From a virus (Duplodnaviria > Heunggongvirae > Uroviricota > Caudoviricetes), in IMG/VR virus record IMGVR_UViG_2695420382_000004: a stretch of 11,938 nt of DNA; one strand, written 5' to 3'. Position numbers and translations under genes: made by a program. The notes beneath the pieces were generated by a model. That model saw nothing but the letters and a program-made list of their open reading frames with translations, was not told where the DNA came from and did not search any database. Positions 1 through 6,504 of the stretch are shown here, piece by piece; position 1 is the first letter of the stretch, and each line of letters begins with the position of its first letter.

Positions 1-2184
1 CTGAAAATAGCCCGGCGTCAGCTCAATCCGCGACAGCGCTGCCGGTGCGGCAATCCGGAACGATACCGACGCCGGATCGCCCTGCTGCCCCCACGCATTT
101 ACTGCCCGGACTGTCAGCCTGTAGTTCCCCAGCGCCAGTTGTGTGAAGCGGTAAGTGGTTTCCGTCGTCCGGGCCGTGCTGACCAGCCGCTCACTGCCGT
201 CATCCGCTGTTACGGTCAGACGGAGCAGGAAGCTCACGCCCTTCACCACCTTCGGCGTGTCCCAGCGCGCCAGCACCTGATATTCCCCGCTGTCTGCGGT
301 GACTTCGGCAGTCAGGTGCTGCACCGCTGGCGGCGTGACACCATTCACCGTGCCGCTCTGGTCGCCGTCAAAGTGCGCCCCGTTATCCACGATGGCTTCT
401 TTTTCCGGCACATGCTGCACGGCGGTGATGGCATACGTGCCGTCGTCGTTCTCACGGATACTCACGCAGCGGAACAATCGCTGGTGCAGCGTCGGCAGCT
501 TCAGCCCCCACACGCTGTATTCAGCAACACCGTCAGGAACACGGCTCACTTTTACCTTCACGCCGTCGGTGACGGACTGGACCTCCACGCTGACCGGATT
601 CCCCTGCCCGTCAACCAGGCTTATCAGCGTGGTGCCGGAGGATGGCAGCGTGATTTCACGGTCGAGCGTCAGCGTCCGGGTCTGGCTGTTCACCGCCAGC
701 ACGCGCCCGCCGGTGCGGATACCGGCATAGTCATCATCGCAGATTTCAATGACATCGCCCGGTACATGACGAAGCCCTTCAGCACCCACGCTGAAATCCA
801 CGGTCTGCGTCTCCAGCAGTTCCGTTTTAATCAGCCACAGCCCGGCGCGGTGTGCCTGCCCCCGGCTGGTACAGCCAAAGGCATCCATCTTCGTGACGTT
901 ACGACCGTAACGGACAATGGCCTGCGTATCCTCCACAAGCTCTGTCGCCGTCTCCCAGCCGTTATCCGGGTCAATCCAGTTCACCTCAACGGCATTATGG
1001 CGGTCTTTCAGGGCGCTGAAACTGTAGCGGAACGGCGCGCCATCATCCGGCATCACCACATTACTGCGGTTATAGGCCCACACCTTATCCGACTGTCGGT
1101 CCTGCACGAACGTCAGCGTCTGCCCGTTCCATACCGGCATACAGCGCATCGCCGAGCAGAAATCACTGAGCACATCCCACGCCTTGCGCTGTGTGGTCAG
1201 CCAGGCATTACAGGTGATGCGCGGCTCCGTGCTGCCAAAGCCGTCCGGCACCGACTGGTCACAGTACTGGCCGATGACATACAGCGCCCATTTATCCACA
1301 TCTGCCGCACCAAGACGTTTCCCCATGCCATAGCGCGGATGGGTCAGCATATCCCACAGACACCAGGCCATGTTGTTGCTGTATGCCGGTTTTAACGTTC
1401 CGTCCCAGATACCGCTGTATTGCCGCGTCTGCGGATTATAGTTCGACGGCACCTGCAGAATGCGCCCGCGAAGATGATAATTACGGCTCACCTGCTGGCT
1501 GCCGAACTGCTCCGAATCCACCTGTACGCCGACCAGTGCCGTGTTCGGGTAGCACTGTTTCACATCGATGATTTCGGTGTATGACGACCAGAGCGTTTTG
1601 TTCTGCAGCTGGTCTGTGGTGCTGTCCGGCGTCATTCTGCGCATCCGGATATTAAACGGGCGCGGCGGCAGGTTATCCACCACCACCGAGGCCAGATACT
1701 GCGAGGTGGTTTTGCCCTTAATGGTGATGTCTTTTTCCGTCACCCAGCCACCGTTACGCTGTATCTGAACCAGCAGGCGAACTTCAGACGGATTCCTGTC
1801 TCCCTTTGAGGTGGTTTCCACCAGTGCCTGTACACCGAAGGTAAAACGCAGTCGGTCAATGTTTGCCGACGTGATGGTCCGGGTGATCGGCGTGTCATAT
1901 TTCACTTCCGTACCCAGCACCGTCTCGGAGCCGGAGGATTCAAATCCCTCCGGCGGTGACTGCTCCTGCTCACCTGCCCGGAACACCACCGTGACGCCGG
2001 AGATGTTGGTATTCCCCTCACTGTCCAGCACCGGCGTACTGTTCAGCAGCACGCTTTTTAATCCATCCACCGGACCTTCAACCGGCCCTTCGCTGATGGC
2101 ATCGATCACACTCAGCAGCTGCGTGGACTTCAGGTTGTCCTTCGCTTCGCGCGGGGTATGCCCCTTACTGCTGCCTTTACCCAT
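1..2184 (-). CDS. J: Tail tip host-specificity protein J (central tail fibre), N-terminal 728 codons; 3' end lies beyond the window start
   Basis: ATG at 2184..2182 on minus strand; my translation reads MGKGSSKGHTPREAKDNLKSTQLLSVIDAISEGPVEGPVDG... and, at the window edge (60..1), ...FRIAAPAALSRIELTPGYFQ, colinear with lambda gpJ as recalled. Open to position 1, so absent from the ORF track. About 60 bp gap after I, as in lambda. Confidence 0.93.
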   Translation of the reverse strand, partial: MGKGSSKGHTPREAKDNLKSTQLLSVIDAISEGPVEGPVDGLKSVLLNSTPVLDSEGNTNISGVTVVFRAGEQEQSPPEGFESSGSETVLGTEVKYDTPITRTITSANIDRLRFTFGVQALVETTSKGDRNPSEVRLLVQIQRNGGWVTEKDITIKGKTTSQYLASVVVDNLPPRPFNIRMRRMTPDSTTDQLQNKTLWSSYTEIIDVKQCYPNTALVGVQVDSEQFGSQQVSRNYHLRGRILQVPSNYNPQTRQYSGIWDGTLKPAYSNNMAWCLWDMLTHPRYGMGKRLGAADVDKWALYVIGQYCDQSVPDGFGSTEPRITCNAWLTTQRKAWDVLSDFCSAMRCMPVWNGQTLTFVQDRQSDKVWAYNRSNVVMPDDGAPFRYSFSALKDRHNAVEVNWIDPDNGWETATELVEDTQAIVRYGRNVTKMDAFGCTSRGQAHRAGLWLIKTELLETQTVDFSVGAEGLRHVPGDVIEICDDDYAGIRTGGRVLAVNSQTRTLTLDREITLPSSGTTLISLVDGQGNPVSVEVQSVTDGVKVKVSRVPDGVAEYSVWGLKLPTLHQRLFRCVSIRENDDGTYAITAVQHVPEKEAIVDNGAHFDGDQSGTVNGVTPPAVQHLTAEVTADSGEYQVLARWDTPKVVKGVSFLLRLTVTADDGSERLVSTARTTETTYRFTQLALGNYRLTVRAVNAWGQQGDPASVSFRIAAPAALSRIELTPGYFQ

Positions 2185-2244
2185 TCGTCATGCTCCATAA
2201 ACGATAAAACCGCCCGGAGGCGATTTCACATAAAACATTTTGCA

Positions 2245-2916
2245 TCAGCGACCAATCACCACAACCTGACCACCGTCCCCTTCGTCTGCCGTGCTGATCT
2301 CCTGAGATACCACACGTGACCCCACGCGCATTTCACCATACAGAACAGGCATAACATTGCCCTGGGCAACCATGTTATCCAGTGAGGAGAAATAGGTGTT
2401 CTGCTTACCGTTATCCGTTGTCTGTGTGCGGGGAGTTCTGGCTTTCGGTGCCAGCATCTGAGCCACACCGCCGAGCACCATACTGGCACCGAGAGAAAAC
2501 AGAATGCCGGTCATACCACCGGCACCAATGGCAGCCCCCCATGCTGCAAGGGTGGCTCCGGCGGTAAAGAATGATCCGGCAATGGCGGCTGCTCCCAGGA
2601 CAATCTGGAATACACCACCTGACTTGGCCCCGGCGACTCTGGGAACAATATGAATCACAGCGCCGTCAGGCAGAGCCTCATGTAACTGCGCCGTTAATCC
2701 GGACGTGCTAACATCCTGCCCGGCAATACGCACCTGATACCAGCCGTCGCTCAGCTTCTGACGAAACGCAGGGAGCTGTGTGGCCATCGCCCGGATGGCT
2801 TCGGCACCCGTTTTCACACGAAGGTCGATGCGGCGGCCAAATCGTTGCAAATCCCCGTAAAGGCAGATGCGTGCCATGCCCGGTGACGCCAGAGGGAGTG
2901 TGTGCGTCGCTGCCAT
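2245..2916 (-). CDS. I: Tail assembly protein I (223 aa); C-terminal Gly/Ala-rich hydrophobic segment
   Basis: 223-aa ORF colinear with lambda gpI as recalled; its 5' end overlaps the 3' end of K by 103 nt in another frame, the same overlap length I recall for lambda K/I. Confidence 0.9.
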   Translation of the reverse strand: MAATHTLPLASPGMARICLYGDLQRFGRRIDLRVKTGAEAIRAMATQLPAFRQKLSDGWYQVRIAGQDVSTSGLTAQLHEALPDGAVIHIVPRVAGAKSGGVFQIVLGAAAIAGSFFTAGATLAAWGAAIGAGGMTGILFSLGASMVLGGVAQMLAPKARTPRTQTTDNGKQNTYFSSLDNMVAQGNVMPVLYGEMRVGSRVVSQEISTADEGDGGQVVVIGR

Positions 2917-3557
2917 TTGTCGGTATACCTCTCTCGTTTGCTCAGTTGTTCAGGAATATGGTGCAGCAGCTCGCCGTCACCACAGTAAATGGCGGCATGA
3001 TTCGGCACCGATGAACCAAAACAGCACAGCAGCACATCGCCCGGCTGCGCCGCTGACAACGGCACCTGATACAGCCCTGTGGCCTCCAGATTATCCAGAT
3101 AGAGATTCTGACCGTGACGCCACCAGTCATCCTCACGATGAAAATCCGGCATCTCAATCCCCGCCAGATGGTAAGCATCCCGGAACAGCGTGTAACAGTC
3201 CGTCACCCCGTGCTCAAAGCGCCGCCCGGTAAGATGTGGCACACAGCGGAACTTGTGAATCGCCCCCCGGCAGACCAGCCACCACGGCAAATCACTCTGC
3301 ACCTGCAGCCGCCGGTCGGCCTCACTCAGCCAGGGCAGACCACCGGGGTGGCTGTGGACCAGTGCCACAATCTCACCCTGCATCTCTGCCTGCAGCCAGT
3401 CTTCCGGCGACATACGGAAATACGCCTCCGGCTCACCGGAGATATTCACGCAGGGGAAATATCTTTCCCCCTCCGGCGTTCTTACCACGAAGCCGCACGA
3501 CTCCGCTGGAGCACATCGCCGGGCGTGCGCCAGAATCGCTGATTCTGTCTCTGTCAT
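2814..3557 (-). CDS. K: Tail assembly protein K, copy 1 (247-aa form; the 199-aa lambda annotation corresponds to internal Met49); JAMM/MPN+ motif plus NlpC/P60-like region
   Basis: Starts MTETESAILAHARRCAPAESCGFV..., colinear with lambda gpK as recalled. Codons 68-81 (3315..3356) read HSHPGGLPWLSEAD, fitting HxHx7Sx2D. Starts 5 nt after the L stop. Confidence 0.9.
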   Translation of the reverse strand: MTETESAILAHARRCAPAESCGFVVRTPEGERYFPCVNISGEPEAYFRMSPEDWLQAEMQGEIVALVHSHPGGLPWLSEADRRLQVQSDLPWWLVCRGAIHKFRCVPHLTGRRFEHGVTDCYTLFRDAYHLAGIEMPDFHREDDWWRHGQNLYLDNLEATGLYQVPLSAAQPGDVLLCCFGSSVPNHAAIYCGDGELLHHIPEQLSKRERYTDKWQRRTHSLWRHRAWHASAFTGICNDLAAASTFV

Positions 3558-3562
3558 GGGAT

Positions 3563-4261
3563 TTACTGCGAAAGTTTGTTAATGGAAAGGAAGCCGCCAA
3601 AGTTGCCGACGTTATTGCGAAACTTACAGCCACTCAGGCATTTGCTGCATTTATCCTTCGTGATGTCGGACGTTGGCTGGTCATATTCATCCGCGACCGC
3701 CGGACCGTGATAACCGCACTCATCGCCGCGATAGGTCCAGGTGCAGGTGTTGGCCAGCATGATACGTCCCGGAAAAACAGCGCCATCTGTTTCCGTCGGC
3801 GTGGACAGTACAAAAGAGGCACTCACCGCGCTCAGTTCGCTGCACTGCTCAATGCGCCAGCGGCTGATCACCTCCTGCTCCGGATCGGCGTCACTGTTTC
3901 CGTTGACGAAGTTCACCGCATCCAGAAAACGGGCGTAAACCTTACGCCGGACCACCGTTCCGCCGACCAGACTCTGTAGATCTTCCGCCATCCCGGTGAC
4001 CATACCGTACAGGTTAGAAACCATCAGCGTGGGGCGCGTACTGGTGCCTTTGCCATTCAGTTCAAAACCACTCCCCTGAATGGGATACGGCTGATACTGT
4101 CGCCCCTGCCAGGTGACCGGCTCACCTTTTTCGTTCTGCTCATTACAGAAAAAATAACGTTCTCCACCGACCTCTGTCAGATCGATTTCCCAGAGCACCA
4201 CGCTGGCCGACTGCTCCGCACGGGTGCATTCATTCAGTGTTTCCTGCCGGATATCCTGCAT
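3563..4261 (-). CDS. L: Minor tail protein L, copy 1 (232 aa), C-terminal Cys cluster
   Basis: 232-aa ORF starting MQDIRQETLNE..., length and sequence match lambda gpL as recalled; C-terminal cysteines (...RGDECGYHGP...DKCSKCLSGC...). Start ATG overlaps the M stop by 1 nt (TGATG). Confidence 0.92.
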   Translation of the reverse strand: MQDIRQETLNECTRAEQSASVVLWEIDLTEVGGERYFFCNEQNEKGEPVTWQGRQYQPYPIQGSGFELNGKGTSTRPTLMVSNLYGMVTGMAEDLQSLVGGTVVRRKVYARFLDAVNFVNGNSDADPEQEVISRWRIEQCSELSAVSASFVLSTPTETDGAVFPGRIMLANTCTWTYRGDECGYHGPAVADEYDQPTSDITKDKCSKCLSGCKFRNNVGNFGGFLSINKLSQ

Positions 4262-4590
4262 CAGTTCACCACCTGTTCAAACTCTGCGCTGAACTCAACA
4301 CGCAGCATACTGACCCGCGACGACCATTTTGCGCAGGTCACCTTTATCTGCCGCCACTCATAAGGCGGCGTCCACAGAAAGGCTTTCCAGCCCCCGTGCT
4401 CTTCCAGAAACGACTCCAGTACCATGGCCTCCTCACGGGGGACAGAAAGCGTCACGCTGTACGTTTTCAGGTTGGCATTCAGCCCGGCAGGCGCTCGCTG
4501 GGAATAGCCATCACCAAAGCGCACCTTTCTTACAGAAGGGGCCGAAGCCACATCCATACCGGGTTTCACTTTCCAGCGGAAGGTTTTCAT
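4261..4590 (-). CDS. M: Minor tail protein M, copy 1 (109 aa)
   Basis: 109-aa ORF MKTFRWKVKPGMDV..., same length as lambda gpM and colinear with it as recalled; ATGA start/stop overlap with the upstream H-type reading frame. Confidence 0.92.
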   Translation of the reverse strand: MKTFRWKVKPGMDVASAPSVRKVRFGDGYSQRAPAGLNANLKTYSVTLSVPREEAMVLESFLEEHGGWKAFLWTPPYEWRQIKVTCAKWSSRVSMLRVEFSAEFEQVVN

Positions 4591-4907
4591 CGTCCACCTC
4601 CGGAGAACAGGCCACCATCACGCATCTGTGTCTGAATTTCATCACGGGCACCCTTGCGGGCCATGTCATACACGGCCTTCATCATCTGTGGACCTGGCAG
4701 ACCATTCGTACCGTCGTTCTGAATCACCACGTGATTGTTCTGATTAAAATTAATGCCTTCAGCCCGCCGCATCTGCGCCGGACTTCCGGCACCGCCCACA
4801 TAACCACCTTCCGCATAGCCGCGCATCAGCCGGTAGAGATTCCCCACGCCAATCCGGCTGGTTGCCTCCTTCGTGAAGACAAATTCACCACGGTGAACAA
4901 TCCCCGC
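4587..4907 (-). pseudogene. H: Tape measure protein H, C-terminal fragment only (last 106 codons plus stop); no N-terminus or start
   Basis: Reads AGIVHRGEFVFTKEATSRIGVGNLYRLMRGYAEGGYVG...ARDEIQTQMRDGGLFSGGGR*, colinear with the lambda gpH C-terminus as recalled. Homology begins immediately beside the 'n' at 4909; upstream of it the frame reads K-gene antisense junk. Confidence 0.85.
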
Positions 4908-4908
4908 T

Positions 4909-4909
4909 N
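4909..4909. other. Single ambiguous base marking an abrupt junction between K-internal sequence (copy 2) and H-internal sequence; probable contig or scaffold join
   Basis: Literal 'n' in the sequence. K copy-2 homology (...CCFGASVP) stops on one side and H C-terminal homology starts on the other, within about 2 nt. Confidence 0.7.
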
Positions 4910-4911
4910 TT

Positions 4912-5466
4912 CGGTACCGAAGCACCAAAGCAGCACAGCAGAATATCGCCCGCCTGTGCAGAGGACAGGGGCACCCGGTAAAAGCCGGTGACCGCCATAT
5001 TGTCCAGGTAAAGGTTCTGACCGTTGCGCCACCAGTCATCCTCGCGATGAAAATCCGGCATTTCAGTCCCCGCCAGATGATAAGCATCCCGGAACAGCGT
5101 GTAACAGTCCGTCACCCCGTGCTCAAAGCGCCGTCCTGTCAGATGTGGCACACAGCGGAATTTGTGAATGTCACCCCGGCAGACCAACCACCAGGGCAGT
5201 GCGCTTTTTATCTGCAACCGCCGGTCAGCCTCGCTCAGCCAGGGCAGCCCACCGGGATGACTGTGGACCAGTGCCACAATCTCCCCCTGCATCTCTGCCC
5301 GCAGCCAGTCTTCCGGTGCGATACGAAAATACGCCTCCGGCTCTGCGGAAATATTCACACAAGGGATATACCGCTCCCCCTCCGGCGTGCTTATCACGAA
5401 GCCGCACGACTCCGCAGGCGCACACCGCCGGGCATGTGCCAGAATCGCTGATTCAGTCTGTGTCAT
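4912..5466 (-). pseudogene. K: Tail assembly protein K, copy 2, truncated after about 185 codons (lacks the C-terminal ~60 aa including the NlpC/P60-like His region)
   Basis: ATG at 5466..5464, MTQTESAILAHARRCAPAESCGFVISTPEGERY...HSHPGGLPWLSEAD...LLCCFGASVP, then the 'n'. The JAMM motif is retained; the tail corresponding to copy 1 ...NHAAIYCGDGELLHHIPEQ... is missing. Confidence 0.85.
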
Positions 5467-5476
5467 AAACCGGGAT

Positions 5477-6175
5477 TTACTGCGAAAGTTTATTAATGGA
5501 AAGGAAACCGCCAAAATTGCCGACATTCCTGCGCAGTTCACACCCGCGCATGCACTTGCTGCATCTGTCCTTACGGATATCCGTGGTGGGGTTGTCGAAC
5601 TCATCCGCCACCGCAGGACCGTTATACCCGCATTCATCTCCCCGGTAATCCCACATACAGGTGTTCGCCAGCATGATGCGACCGGGAAACAGCGCCCCGT
5701 CCGTCTCGGTCGGTGTAGCCAGCACAAACGAGGCCGTCATGGCTGTCAGCTGCGACATCTGCTCCACCACCCAGCGGTCACTCAGCTCCTGCTCCGGGTC
5801 CGCCTCCGGATTGCCCGCAACGAAATTCACCGCATCCAGAAAACGGGCATACACCCGGCGGCGGACCACCGTGGCCCCCACCAGACTCTGCAGGTCTTCC
5901 GCCATCCCGGTGACCAGACCGAACAGATTGGACACCGTCAGCGACGGTCTGGCACTGCTGCCCCGGCCGTTCATCTCAAAGCCGCTGCCGTCAATCGGGT
6001 ATGCCTCATACTTACGCCCCTGCCAGGTGACCGGCTCCCCTTTTTCATTCAGCTCATTACAGAAAAAATACCGCTCACCACCCTGTACCGTCAGGTCGAT
6101 TTCCCAGAGTACCACCCGCGGTGACTGCTCTGACTTAACCGACTCGTTCAGACTTTCTTCGCGAATATCCTGCAT
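5477..6175 (-). CDS. L: Minor tail protein L, copy 2 (232 aa), C-terminal Cys cluster
   Basis: 232-aa ORF MQDIREESLNESVKSEQSPRVVLWEIDLT..., colinear with copy 1 and lambda gpL but clearly divergent from copy 1; cysteines conserved (...RGDECGYNGP...DRCSKCMRGC...). Confidence 0.92.
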   Translation of the reverse strand: MQDIREESLNESVKSEQSPRVVLWEIDLTVQGGERYFFCNELNEKGEPVTWQGRKYEAYPIDGSGFEMNGRGSSARPSLTVSNLFGLVTGMAEDLQSLVGATVVRRRVYARFLDAVNFVAGNPEADPEQELSDRWVVEQMSQLTAMTASFVLATPTETDGALFPGRIMLANTCMWDYRGDECGYNGPAVADEFDNPTTDIRKDRCSKCMRGCELRRNVGNFGGFLSINKLSQ

Positions 6176-6504
6176 CAGTTCACCACCTGCTTAAACTCCG
6201 CGCTGAACTCAACGCGCAACATCCCGACCCGCGCAGACCACCCGGCACAGGTCACCTTTATCTGCCGGTATGCATAGGGTGGCTTCCACAAAAATGCCTT
6301 CCAGCCACCGTGCTCTGCCAGGAACGCTTCCAGATGCCGGGCCTCCTCCCGGGTCACGGAAAGCGTCACCCTGTATGTTTTCAGGTCAGCATTCAGCCCT
6401 GCCGCCATACGCTGTGAGTACCCGTCACCAAAACGCACTTCACGCACCGATGGCTGCGAGTTCACCTCCATATCCGGCTTCACTTTCCAGCGAAAGGTTT
6501 TCAT
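6175..6504 (-). CDS. M: Minor tail protein M, copy 2 (109 aa)
   Basis: 109-aa ORF MKTFRWKVKPDMEV...; about 21 of 109 residues differ from copy 1 by my hand count; ATGA overlap with the H stop. Confidence 0.92.
   Translation of the reverse strand: MKTFRWKVKPDMEVNSQPSVREVRFGDGYSQRMAAGLNADLKTYRVTLSVTREEARHLEAFLAEHGGWKAFLWKPPYAYRQIKVTCAGWSARVGMLRVEFSAEFKQVVN

Noticed and set aside
139-1395. 418-aa plus-strand ORF (and 299..730, 1383..1571, 1568..1768, 1811..2200) opposite J
   Set aside because: Antisense shadow ORFs of a GC-rich coding region; the translations are Arg/His/Pro-rich with no recognisable protein features, while the minus strand encodes an unambiguous gpJ homologue.
2185-2244. 60-bp I-J intergenic spacer as a possible regulatory element
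   Set aside because: It matches the spacer length I recall for lambda; I see no clear promoter hexamers or terminator hairpin. Most likely just the ribosome-binding region for J.
3236-3979. 247-aa and 245-aa plus-strand ORFs (3236..3979, 5387..6124) opposite K/L in each copy
   Set aside because: Antisense shadows recurring in both copies only because the underlying K/L genes are duplicated.
4587-5087. 166-aa minus-strand ORF
   Set aside because: Only its last 106 codons (4587..4907) are H-homologous; the N-terminal part is an out-of-frame read through the K copy-2 antisense region across the ambiguous base.
4885-5727. 280-aa minus-strand ORF starting at 5727 (MCWLHRPRR...)
   Set aside because: The first 87 codons overlap L copy 2 in another frame and read as junk; the real K copy-2 start is the ATG at 5466 (MTQTES...), and the 3' end past the 'n' at 4909 is out-of-frame H sequence.
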